The notes under the pieces: model-generated | Seen by the model: the letters and a program-made list of their open reading frames with translations, nothing else | Databases searched by the model: none | What the model was told of the DNA's origin: nothing | Shown here: in pieces, positions 1 through 13,111 of the stretch | Numbering within the stretch: the stretch's first letter is position 1 | Layout of the letters: every line of letters starts with the position of its first letter | Assembly (NCBI GenBank): GCA_027488755.1 | Contig: JAIYAZ010000136.1 | Coordinates: forward strand, 6,146 to 70,145 | Source: Verrucomicrobiaceae bacterium | Lineage (GTDB): Bacteria; Verrucomicrobiota; Verrucomicrobiia; Chthoniobacterales; JAATET01 | Reading direction: 5' to 3' | DNA length: 64,000 bases | Position numbers and translations under genes: made by a program

Positions 1-47
1 GGGGTCAGGGGGATTCGGCCCGTCTGCGCGGGGGGTTTCTCGCGGCA

Positions 48-3000
48 TCAGGCACCTCCGGGGATCGGGCGTTCGGTGGTGGCGAGGGCGTAGATTTCCC
101 CGTCGGGGTCGAGCAGGGCGCTGGTGGTGATGGCGACCTTCACCCGCGCGCCGCTTTTCGTGAGCCGCTCGGTGATTTCCGGGACAAGCGGTTCGTCGGG
201 CGGGCCGGGCGGTAGCAACGGGGCGCGGACCTTCGGCCGAAGCGCGGGGGGGATGCGGTCGCGGACGTTGAGCGTGAGCGCTTCGGCCTCGGTCCAGCCG
301 TAGAGGCGGGTGGCTCCGGGATTCCACGCGAGCGTGCGGCCCTGGAGGTCGTGCATGGTGATGGCATCCTGCGCGTCGCGCACGACCACGGCGAGGCGGA
401 GGAGGTCGTTGGCTTTTTTGAGGGCCTCCCGGGTGCGCACGGCCTCGGAGATGTCGATGAAGGAAATGACGGCGCCTTCGATGACGTTGTCCTGCGTGCG
501 GTAGGGCTGGATGCGCATGGCGTAAACCGCGCCGTCGAGGGTGGTGACCTCCAGCTCCTTGGGCACGAGCGTGGTGAGGACGGCCTGCACGTCGGCCACG
601 AGGGATTCATAGACGGTGAGGTTGGAGGCGAGGTGCGCGACGGGGCGGCCCACGTCGCCGGGGATCAGCGGAATGATTTTGCTGACGGCAGGCGTGAAGC
701 GGAGGATGCGCAGCTGGTGGTCGACGAACACGGTGGCGATGCCCGTGCCGGCGAGCAGGTTGTTCATGTCGTTGTTCGCGCGGGAGAGGTCGGCGACCTT
801 CGCGTGGAGCTCGCCGTTGACCGTGGTGAGTTCCTCGTTGATCGACTGCATCTCTTCCTTCGAGGTTTCTAGCTCCTCGTTGGTGGATTGGAGCTCCTCG
901 TTGACGGACTGCATTTCCTCGTTCGAGGATTTGAGCTCCTCGTTGGAGCTTTCCAGTTCCTCGAGGGTGCTTTGGAGAAACTCGTCCTTCGCCCGCAGCT
1001 CCTGCAGCAGCGAGGTGATGCGGGCTTCGGCGGCGGGGCCGCCCTCCACGGTGGGATCGGCGGCGGCGGGCGGCAGTTCCACCGAGCCGGCGGGGTCGAG
1101 AATGATGAGATAGAGCGGCGACTCGGGCGGAATCGCGGTGACCACCGTCACCGGGCGGATGTGCAGATGCACGGTGTCCACGTGCCCGTTGGTCCGCACC
1201 TGCAGCCCGGGGGCCTGCGTGGGCCGCTTCGTTTCCACGGCGAGGCGCAGGCCCGTGACCAACGCCCGGCGCAGGCCTTCGCGCGCCATTTTCAGGACGT
1301 TGCTGATGCCCGTCTCGCCCGGGGCCGGTTCGAGATATCGCCCGGCCCGGCCATGCAGGTAGAGGATGTCGCCGCGCTCGTTCACGAGCACGCCGGCGGA
1401 CGTCAGGTGCTGGAGCAGGGTTTGCTCGGTGATCTCCCGCAGCGAGGACTTGGCCGGCGGGCGGGGTTTCAGCGCCTCGTGCGGGCGGCTGGCGGGCACG
1501 GGCATCGAAGGCGTCGGCAGTTGCATGCGGCCGAGGGCGGAGCGGATGAGCCCGGCGTAATGGTCCTTGCGGAGGTAGAGTTTCGCCTTGCGATCCAGAA
1601 CCGCGAAGAGGTCCCCAAAGTCGCCGATGCCCTCCGACGTGCCGAGAAAAAGGGCGCCGCCGGGCAGCAGGGCGTAGTGGAAAAGCGGGATCAGTTTTCG
1701 CTGCAGTTCCACGTCCAGGTAGATCAGCAGATTTCGGCAACTGATGAGGTTTAGCCGGGAAAACGGCGGATCCTTGATCACGTCCTGCTCCGAAAAAATG
1801 AGCAGGTCGCGCAGGCTTTTTTTCACGCGAAACCCCGAGCCGTCGGCCTCAGCGGTGAAGAATCGCGCCATCCGCTCGGGGGAGACGTCGGCCGTGATGC
1901 TTGCCGGATAGAATCCCGCCCGCGCCGTGGCGATCGCCCGGCTGTCGATGTCCGTCGCGAACACCTGCACCTGGAAACTTTTCTTCAGGCGATCCATCCG
2001 CTCCTGGAGCAGCATGGCGAGGGAATAGGCCTCCTCGCCGGTGGAGCAGCCCGCCGACCACACGCGCACGACGGACCCCGCCGGCCGGCCCTCGAAGAGC
2101 CGGGGGATGACCCGCGTTTCCAGCTCCGCAAAGGCCTCGCGATCCCGGAAAAACAGCGTCACGCCGATGAGCAGTTCGCGGAACAGGGCCTCGGTCTCGG
2201 TCGGCGTGCGCTGGAGGAACTGGGCGTAATCCGCGCGGGTGGCGATTTGGTGCACGGCCATGCGCCGGTCGATGCGGCGAAGGATGGTGCTGGGTTTGTA
2301 GTGGGAAAAGTCGTGGCCGGTCTGCGTGCGCAGGAAGGCGAAAATTTTCTTCAGCGCATTGCTGTCGCGGGGCGTCTCCTTCCGCTCGGGAAGCGGCTCC
2401 GCGGCAAAGGCCCGCTTCGCGTAGGCAATGAGCCGGGCGGGCATCGCGCTGGGGGCCAGCTCGTAGTCCACGAGCCCCGTGTCGATGGCGCTGCGGGGCA
2501 TGCCGTCGAACTCGGTCGAAGCGAGCGTCTGGGCCATGACCATGCCGCCGGCGGCCTTGATGGCGCGAAGGCCCTGGGTGCCGTCGGCGCCCGTGCCGGA
2601 AAGGATGATGCCGATGGCGCGATCGCCCTGTTCCTGCGCGAGCGACTGAAAGAAGAAATCAATCGGCAGCCTGCGCCCGTGCGGTTCCGTCGGCTTGAGC
2701 AGGTTCAGCGCGCCGTCGCGAAGCTCCATGTCCTGCCCGGGGGGGATGATGTAGACGCAATTCCGGCGCACGGGCAGGGCGTTCTCCACCTCGAAGACTT
2801 CCATGCGGGTTGCCCGACGGATCAATTCGGTGAGCAGGCTTTTGTGGTCGGGGGCCAGATGCTGCACGAGCACGAAGGCCATGTCGGGGTCCTTGCTCGG
2901 CGGCAGGCCGGAAAAAAACGCCTCAAAAGCCGCCAATCCTCCCGCGGAGGCGCCGATGCCGACGACGGGAAAATCCACCGCGCCCGGGGCGGGGGGTGGT

Positions 3001-3083
3001 TCCGCCGGGGAAGGCTTAACCGCAGGGGTTGAGCGTGGTTTTTTCATGAGGGATCGAACGACTCGACCGCAGCCCCGTGGCAT
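48..3083 (-). CDS. CheB methylesterase / CheR methyltransferase fusion protein with coiled coil and PAS-like C-terminal region
   Basis: 1011-aa ORF. CheB-type block FPVVGIGASAGGLAAFEAFF; CheR SAM-binding block VWSAGCSTGEEAYSLAMLL; heptad SNEEL/SNEEM coiled coil; PAS-like C-terminus. No HisKA/HATPase block. The start could instead be the Met 12 codons downstream (3047). Confidence 0.85.
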   Translation of the reverse strand: MPRGCGRVVRSLMKKPRSTPAVKPSPAEPPPAPGAVDFPVVGIGASAGGLAAFEAFFSGLPPSKDPDMAFVLVQHLAPDHKSLLTELIRRATRMEVFEVENALPVRRNCVYIIPPGQDMELRDGALNLLKPTEPHGRRLPIDFFFQSLAQEQGDRAIGIILSGTGADGTQGLRAIKAAGGMVMAQTLASTEFDGMPRSAIDTGLVDYELAPSAMPARLIAYAKRAFAAEPLPERKETPRDSNALKKIFAFLRTQTGHDFSHYKPSTILRRIDRRMAVHQIATRADYAQFLQRTPTETEALFRELLIGVTLFFRDREAFAELETRVIPRLFEGRPAGSVVRVWSAGCSTGEEAYSLAMLLQERMDRLKKSFQVQVFATDIDSRAIATARAGFYPASITADVSPERMARFFTAEADGSGFRVKKSLRDLLIFSEQDVIKDPPFSRLNLISCRNLLIYLDVELQRKLIPLFHYALLPGGALFLGTSEGIGDFGDLFAVLDRKAKLYLRKDHYAGLIRSALGRMQLPTPSMPVPASRPHEALKPRPPAKSSLREITEQTLLQHLTSAGVLVNERGDILYLHGRAGRYLEPAPGETGISNVLKMAREGLRRALVTGLRLAVETKRPTQAPGLQVRTNGHVDTVHLHIRPVTVVTAIPPESPLYLIILDPAGSVELPPAAADPTVEGGPAAEARITSLLQELRAKDEFLQSTLEELESSNEELKSSNEEMQSVNEELQSTNEELETSKEEMQSINEELTTVNGELHAKVADLSRANNDMNNLLAGTGIATVFVDHQLRILRFTPAVSKIIPLIPGDVGRPVAHLASNLTVYESLVADVQAVLTTLVPKELEVTTLDGAVYAMRIQPYRTQDNVIEGAVISFIDISEAVRTREALKKANDLLRLAVVVRDAQDAITMHDLQGRTLAWNPGATRLYGWTEAEALTLNVRDRIPPALRPKVRAPLLPPGPPDEPLVPEITERLTKSGARVKVAITTSALLDPDGEIYALATTERPIPGGA

Positions 3084-3174
3084 GGATGATTGCCGACGTC
3101 GCCAAACTGAGGCCGGGGGGAGGGTTTGGCAACGTGCAAACCGGGCGACGCCCTGTGGCGGCCGCCCGGTATCG

Positions 3175-5049
3175 CTATTGAGCGTTGACGGGCGTCAACT
3201 CCAGGGCGACCGGCCGGAAGAGCTCGCCGCCCGTGATGGACAGCGTCTCGATCCGAATTTCCGTCGGAGCTGCATCGAGGCTGATGCGGCCGAGGGGCTC
3301 CCGCACGTTGCTTCCCGTGCGCACGGTTTTCTCGATTTTCCAGTCGCCACCGGTCACGGCGTAAACCCCGCCCGCGCCCGATTGATCCCGCGTCTTTTCC
3401 TTGCCCGCGTCGCCTTCCACGAGAGTGGCCTTCACCGGGGCGGGCGCGTCGTAGATGAGCGTGGCCTCGTAGGTCGCCGGCTTTTCCGCCCGCACGGGCC
3501 AGGCCAGCGCGTCGGTCTTTTTGGTCCAGTTCATCACCCAGGCGGTGGTGCTCTTGCCGGAGCCGTAGCGCAGGCCGCCCTCCAGCCGGGCGTCGAGGGT
3601 GCGAAGGGTATCCGTCCCGACGTTGGTCACAAGCAGCCGATGCGCATCGGCCACGGGCTCGCCGGCGCATTCCACGGCGATGACGGAGTCCACGGCATCC
3701 GGCGCGGTGGCCGGCACGGAGATCGTGTGGCCTTCCACGGGGAGGGATTCTTCCGGCGCGGCCAGCAGCCAAGCGCGGGTGATCGGGGTCTTCAACCCGC
3801 CCACGGCGAGTTTTCTGTCGCGGGGCCACTGGAAGACGTGCAGGTAAAGGCGGTTGCCCTTGCGGGTGGATTCCCCCCAGGCCTGCACGGGCAACGGAGT
3901 GCGCGTGGTGCCGCGGATCGACGAACCGTTCACCTGCCACCACCGGCCGATGCCCTCGAGGATGGCGACATCCGGGGGATCGATGCTGCCGTCGCCGCGG
4001 GGGCCGACGTTCATCAGGATGTTTCCGCCCCGCGCCGCCGCCTTGGCGAGCAGGCGGATGAAGTGGGCGGGGGTTTTGTGGGAAAGATCGTTCTGATTGT
4101 AACCGTAGGATTCATTCGTGGTCGGGATGCCCTCCCAGTCCCCCGCGTTCGGGGGAAACTCCGCCGGCTTGTCGGTGGTGCTTTCGTAATCGGTGAGCGC
4201 AAAACCTTTGAGCACCGCGGCCACGATGCGGCCGTTGATCACCACGTTCGGGTCCGCCCGGCGCACCGCGGCCAGGATGCGCAGATTCTCCTCCGGCGGC
4301 AGCTTGTGCGGCGTGTCGAACCACAAGATGTCCGGGTGGTAGGTGTGGATGAGCTCCAGCAGCTGCGGAATGGCCTTCTCGTCGACATACCGCCGCGCTT
4401 TGAGCAGGAACGCCGGGTCCTTTTGCCACCATTGCGCGCCGCCGAGGAGCAGGTCGCCGCCGGGGTTGCGGTAATCCCAGTCGTTTCCGGGGCCGTTTTC
4501 CTCGCCCCAGTCGAACGCGTGCGAGTAGTAGAAGCCGAATTTGAGGCCCTCCCGGCGGCACGCGTCCCGCAGTCCCAGCATGGGATCCCGCGCATACGGC
4601 GTGGCCTTCACCACGGTGTTCGGGCTCACCTTCGAGTCATACATCGAGAAGCCGTCGTGATGCTTGGCGGTGATGATGAAGTAACCCATGCCGCTCTCCT
4701 TCGCGAGGCGGATCCAGGCGTCCGGATCGAACTTCGAGGGCTGAAAGCCGCCGGCGACCTCCTTCAAGTATATCGGGATGGGAATCTTCAGCGCGCGCTG
4801 GATGTGTTCGGAATATCCGCCGTAGGCCTGGCCTTGCCATGAGCCCGCCAGCGTCGAGTAGACGCCCCAATGCACGAACATGCCAAACCTCGCGTCGCGC
4901 CACCATCCCAGTCGGGCATCGCGTTCCGCCGGCGTGGTGACCAGCGCCTCGGGGGTCGGGGCCCGGGCGGGCTCCTCCGCGGCGGTGAGGGGGCCAAAGA
5001 ACGGGAGAAGCAAAAACGGCGCGAGGCGGCCAAGTCTCGGGGGGGACAT
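3175..5049 (-). CDS. alpha-L-fucosidase (GH29) with C-terminal accessory domain, secreted
   Basis: 624-aa ORF. N-terminal signal-like LLLPFFGPLTAAEEP; GH29 blocks RFGMFVHWGVYS and ITAKHHDGFSMYDS. Confidence 0.85.
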   Translation of the reverse strand: MSPPRLGRLAPFLLLPFFGPLTAAEEPARAPTPEALVTTPAERDARLGWWRDARFGMFVHWGVYSTLAGSWQGQAYGGYSEHIQRALKIPIPIYLKEVAGGFQPSKFDPDAWIRLAKESGMGYFIITAKHHDGFSMYDSKVSPNTVVKATPYARDPMLGLRDACRREGLKFGFYYSHAFDWGEENGPGNDWDYRNPGGDLLLGGAQWWQKDPAFLLKARRYVDEKAIPQLLELIHTYHPDILWFDTPHKLPPEENLRILAAVRRADPNVVINGRIVAAVLKGFALTDYESTTDKPAEFPPNAGDWEGIPTTNESYGYNQNDLSHKTPAHFIRLLAKAAARGGNILMNVGPRGDGSIDPPDVAILEGIGRWWQVNGSSIRGTTRTPLPVQAWGESTRKGNRLYLHVFQWPRDRKLAVGGLKTPITRAWLLAAPEESLPVEGHTISVPATAPDAVDSVIAVECAGEPVADAHRLLVTNVGTDTLRTLDARLEGGLRYGSGKSTTAWVMNWTKKTDALAWPVRAEKPATYEATLIYDAPAPVKATLVEGDAGKEKTRDQSGAGGVYAVTGGDWKIEKTVRTGSNVREPLGRISLDAAPTEIRIETLSITGGELFRPVALELTPVNAQ

Positions 5050-5115
5050 GGCCCGGTCGTAAGGGACGGCCGCGGACGGCGCAAGGAATTCCCGCCTCCG
5101 GCTGGGACGCGGTGG

Positions 5116-5155
5116 AAAAACAAAAACCGCCCCGGCCTTGCGACCGGGGCGGTTT
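5116..5155 (-). terminator. rho-independent terminator downstream of groEL
   Basis: On the minus strand, CCGCCCCGG / CCGGGGCGG 9-bp GC stem (5127-5135 with 5144-5152) followed by TTTTTGTTTTT (plus-strand A-run 5116-5126). Confidence 0.75.
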
Positions 5156-5184
5156 GTGAGTTTAGCGCTTAGGTGCGGGTGGAC

Positions 5185-6822
<1,638 letters not shown>

Positions 6823-6863
6823 TTAGTGGTAAAAGTTGATGGTTGGGAGTTGATGGGCTCGGA

Positions 6864-7154
6864 TTAACCGAGGATGCCGAGGATGTCGTCTTCGCGGAGG
6901 ATCAGGTAGCTGTCTCCGTCGATTTTGACTTCGGTTCCGCCGTATTTGCTGATGAGGACTTTGTCGCCCTTCTTCACGGTGAACTCGATCCGCTTGCCGC
7001 TCTCGTCGAGCTTGCCGGTGCCGAGGGCAACGACTTGGCCTTCCTGCGGCTTTTCCTTGGCGGAGTCGGGGATGATGATCCCGCCTTTTTTGACTTCCTT
7101 CTCTTCGAGCGGCTTCACGAGCACGCGATCTCCGATGGGTTTGATGTTGGCCAT
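6864..7154 (-). CDS. groES: co-chaperonin GroES (Cpn10)
   Basis: [20 protein letters not shown]... (96 aa). ATG confirmed at 7152-7154; the longer track ORF (to 7229) adds a non-homologous leader. Confidence 0.95.
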   Translation of the reverse strand: MANIKPIGDRVLVKPLEEKEVKKGGIIIPDSAKEKPQEGQVVALGTGKLDESGKRIEFTVKKGDKVLISKYGGTEVKIDGDSYLILREDDILGILG

Positions 7155-7246
7155 GGTGGCTTTAGTTTTTGGTTTGGGTTGTTGGGTGTTTAACGACGGC
7201 CGACCTCCGCGGTGGCGGGGGCCGGCCATGGGCTAAATTCTGCGGG

Positions 7247-10106
<2,860 letters not shown>

Positions 10107-10112
10107 CCGCGG

Positions 10113-10973
10113 CTACGTCCAATCAAGCCCGAGCTGGCAGTGCGGGCACTGGCGGTGGGTCGAATTGATCGCCGCATTGCAGCGCGGGCAGGCGCTGGTG
10201 AGCGTGCGGGAAACCTTCAGCCGCCCCGTCGTGGAAGCCTCGGGCGTCTCCGGCGCGAGCAGGGTGCCCGCGGCAAAATCCCGGCCGATCCGCAGGCCGG
10301 CGAGATCCTCGTAGGCCAGATCGCCCAGCCGGCTCTCCACCTCGCGGCGGGCGGCCTCCACCTCCTGGCGACCCGCGAGCGCGGACGCCCATGCGGCGAA
10401 AAGCGAGCCCGCCGCGACGGCGAACCACGCCGCCATCAGCAGCGCGTAGCTCCCGCCGAGCTCGGTGAGCTCCCGCGGGGTTAACGACGTGGTTTCGGCC
10501 TGGGTGAGCGCATGAATTCCCGCGCTGGCAAGTAGCACCGCCGCGGTCGGCAGGGCAAAACCCACCGCCAGCAGCGCAAAGCGCCAGAGATTGTGGCGGC
10601 GGTGTTCCCGCCGCGCGGCCGCAGCGAGCGCGGCCGCCAGGGACTCCCGACCATCACCGATTTTTTCCAGGCTCGGCGCGAGCAGCCGCGAAAGGCTCGT
10701 TGGGGCATGGCGCCGGCAGGCCTCCCAGGCCTCCTGGTAGTTTGCATTATCCAGCGCCCGCCGGATTGCCTCGAGGCCCGCGCGGTGGCGTTTCCCCGCG
10801 CGCAGCAGATGGAGTTGCCCCGCTGCGCCCGCCGCGAGGATCCCGCCCTCCAGCACGCCGGCCCACGCCACGGGTGAGGCCACCCAGAGCTGATTCCACG
10901 ACACGCCGGCGAATGCCCCCAGCCACGCGGGCAGCGCGGCCCCCAGCAGGATTGGATCAATCGGCGCGTTCAT
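10113..10973 (-). CDS. hypothetical polytopic membrane protein with C-terminal CxxC...CxxC zinc ribbon
   Basis: 286 aa from the ATG at 10973. Several hydrophobic segments; C-terminus CPRCNAAINSTHRQCPHCQLGLDW. GC3-rich codons. Confidence 0.6.
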   Translation of the reverse strand: MNAPIDPILLGAALPAWLGAFAGVSWNQLWVASPVAWAGVLEGGILAAGAAGQLHLLRAGKRHRAGLEAIRRALDNANYQEAWEACRRHAPTSLSRLLAPSLEKIGDGRESLAAALAAAARREHRRHNLWRFALLAVGFALPTAAVLLASAGIHALTQAETTSLTPRELTELGGSYALLMAAWFAVAAGSLFAAWASALAGRQEVEAARREVESRLGDLAYEDLAGLRIGRDFAAGTLLAPETPEASTTGRLKVSRTLTSACPRCNAAINSTHRQCPHCQLGLDWT

Positions 10974-11116
10974 TCCCGGCCATTCCGCCCGCTCCCCTCG
11001 TGCGGGTCCAGCATTCTTTGGCGTCACCGGCCCGGTGGCGTTGTGCCCGCCGGGCTTGCTTTCAGCGCGGAATCGCCTATTCACGACCATTACCTCCGAA
11101 TCACCGCTTTTCTGTC

Positions 11117-12643
11117 ATGTTCAATCTCATGCGCGCGCACCAGCGCAAGATCCTGCTGGTCGTCACCGTTTTAACGATCATCGCCTTCGCCTTTTTCTAC
11201 ACTTACTACGACGCCGGCTCGCCCGGTGCCGGAGCGGTGGCGAAAGTCTACGGGCGTGATCTCACCCAGAGCGACTTCCAGCGCGAAGCCCGCAAATTCC
11301 AGCTCGCGCTCGCGCTCGGCCTCACCGATTACGCCAGCTCCCTCGGCGCCTCGGGCAGCGACGAAAGCCTCGCTGAGTTCGTCATCAACAAACTCGTCAT
11401 CGACCACGAAGGCGCCCGCCTCGGCATCCAGCCGACGAACGACGAGATCAAAACCGCCATCACCTCCCTGCCCGTTTTCCAAACCGGCGGCCAGTTCGAC
11501 CCCGAGAAATACAAGCAGCTCGTCGTCAACGCCCTCGCCCCGCGCGGCTTCACCGAGCTCGAAATCCAGGGCCTCGTCCGCAGCTCGCTCATCCTCAACC
11601 GACTCAAGCAGCTCCTCGACGTTGCGCCCTCCGTCACCCCCGGCGAAGTCACCTACCTCAGCCGCATTTTCCAGCCCGTCTCCGGCGTCGCTGTGCTCTT
11701 CGATCCCGCCGATTACCGCGACCGCGTCAAGGTGACCGATGACGAGATCGCCGCCACCTTCAAGGCCAACGCCGCGAACTTCGTCACCCCGGAACTCCGC
11801 ACCATCCGCTACGTCCGCTTCGAGCTTCCCGCCGAGGATCCCAAGGCCGACCCGAAGGTCCGCATTGCCGCCCAGCAAAAGGCCGCCGACGCCGCGGACC
11901 GCTTCGCCACCCGCGCCACCGAGATCGGCTTCGAAAAAGCCGCGCAGGAAGCCGGGCTAAGCGTCCAGAGCACGCTGCCGTTTGACCAGGCCGGCAAGAC
12001 CCAGCTAAGCGCCGATCTTGAAAAGCAGGTTGGCTCCTCCGCGGACCTCGGGGGTCCCACGCAAACCTTCGCCGCCTCCGCTTTCACCCTCACCCCGAAG
12101 GCGCCGATCACCCCCGTGCTTGAGGGCAAAAACGAATTCCTCGTCGGTGAACTCGCGAACGTCGCCGCCGCCCGCCCGCAGACCCTCGACGAAGCGCGCC
12201 CCGCCATCGCCGCGCAACTCACGCAGGCCGCCGCCGTTCGCACCATCCAGCAGGAAGCCGCCGCCACCGTGAAGAAGCTCCGCGACGCCGCCAAGGCCGG
12301 CCAGCCCGCCGCGACCGCGACCGCCGGGCTCAAGACCCAGCCCTTCACGAACGCCAGTTACTTCGACGAAAAGGCCGACCCCGCCCAGCGTGACATCGCG
12401 CAGGCTGCCCTGCCCTTCAACGACGGCGAGGTCAGCGCCCTCCTCCCCGCGCCGAACGGCGCCATGATCCTCTGGCTCGAAAAACGCGGCCCCGTGGACG
12501 CCAAAATCGCCGACCAATTCGGCAAGGAACTCGGCGAAAACATCCTCGCCCAGCGCCGCCAGGTCCTCTGGGTCGAGTGGCTCCGCGCCGCCCAGCAGCA
12601 GGCCGGCATCTCCTTCCCCGCGGCGGGCGGCGGCCAGGGCTGA
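11117..12643 (+). CDS. PpiD/SurA-N-like membrane-anchored periplasmic chaperone
   Basis: 508 aa from the ATG at 11117. N-terminal anchor KILLVVTVLTIIAFAFF followed by VAKVYGRDLTQSDFQRE..., typical of the PpiD N-terminal region. No clear parvulin catalytic block seen. Confidence 0.65.
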   Translation: MFNLMRAHQRKILLVVTVLTIIAFAFFYTYYDAGSPGAGAVAKVYGRDLTQSDFQREARKFQLALALGLTDYASSLGASGSDESLAEFVINKLVIDHEGARLGIQPTNDEIKTAITSLPVFQTGGQFDPEKYKQLVVNALAPRGFTELEIQGLVRSSLILNRLKQLLDVAPSVTPGEVTYLSRIFQPVSGVAVLFDPADYRDRVKVTDDEIAATFKANAANFVTPELRTIRYVRFELPAEDPKADPKVRIAAQQKAADAADRFATRATEIGFEKAAQEAGLSVQSTLPFDQAGKTQLSADLEKQVGSSADLGGPTQTFAASAFTLTPKAPITPVLEGKNEFLVGELANVAAARPQTLDEARPAIAAQLTQAAAVRTIQQEAAATVKKLRDAAKAGQPAATATAGLKTQPFTNASYFDEKADPAQRDIAQAALPFNDGEVSALLPAPNGAMILWLEKRGPVDAKIADQFGKELGENILAQRRQVLWVEWLRAAQQQAGISFPAAGGGQG

Positions 12644-12674
12644 TCGCGCCCCCCGCCTCTCCCGTCCCCGCCCG

Positions 12675-13025
12675 ATGCCCGAGCCGCTGCCGCCCGAAAT
12701 CGAAATCCTTTTCGACGACGCCAGCGGCGACATCGCCATCGGCGAGCTCGACGCCGCCATCGACAAATACCGCCGCTGCGTCGCGGCCGTGCCTGATTTC
12801 TTCGACGGCTGGCACGCCCTCGGCATGGCCCTCATGAAAACCGGCCGCCACGAGGAGGCCATCGCCGCCGGCCTCCGCGCCACCGAGCTCCGCCCGAACG
12901 ACCAGCTCGCCTGGTCCAGCCTCTCGATGTTTTACGTCCGCAACCACCAGATCAAGGAAGCCGAATCCGCTGGCGTGAAGGCCCGCATCCTCGGCTGGGG
13001 CGGCAAGATCGCGAAGGAGAGTTAA
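12675..13025 (+). CDS. small tetratricopeptide-repeat (TPR) protein
   Basis: 116 aa. TPR-like A/G/Y/W spacing (DGWHALGMALMKTGRHEEAIAAGLRATELRPNDQLAWSSLSMFYV). Confidence 0.7.
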   Translation: MPEPLPPEIEILFDDASGDIAIGELDAAIDKYRRCVAAVPDFFDGWHALGMALMKTGRHEEAIAAGLRATELRPNDQLAWSSLSMFYVRNHQIKEAESAGVKARILGWGGKIAKES

Positions 13026-13044
13026 CCACCAAGCCCACAAAGAT

Positions 13045-13094
13045 CACGAAGGAGAAACCTTCGAAGAATCTTCGTGTCCTTCGTGCCCTTCGTG
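13045..13094. repeat. CTTCGTG repeat array with inverted copy (CACGAAGG ... CTTCGAAG ... 3 x CTTCGTG at 9-bp spacing)
   Basis: CACGAAGG 13045-13052; palindrome CTTCGAAG 13059-13066; CTTCGTG at 13070, 13079 and 13088. The array ends 18 bp before the metG GTG start. Confidence 0.8.
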
Positions 13095-13111
13095 GTTTCA
13101 TTCCATTTCCC

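Noticed and set aside
829-977. About seven imperfect 21-bp tandem repeats (TCCTCGTTG...)
   Set aside because: They are explained by the heptad coiled coil of the CheB-CheR protein (SNEELKS SNEEMQS VNEELQS TNEELET SKEEMQS INEELTT). This is a protein-level periodicity, not a DNA element.
7155-7246. Search for the HrcA/CIRCE operator upstream of groES, and upstream of dnaK (9191-9407)
   Set aside because: Nothing resembles TTAGCACTC-N9-GAGTGCTAA on either strand. There is only a partial TTAGCCC.
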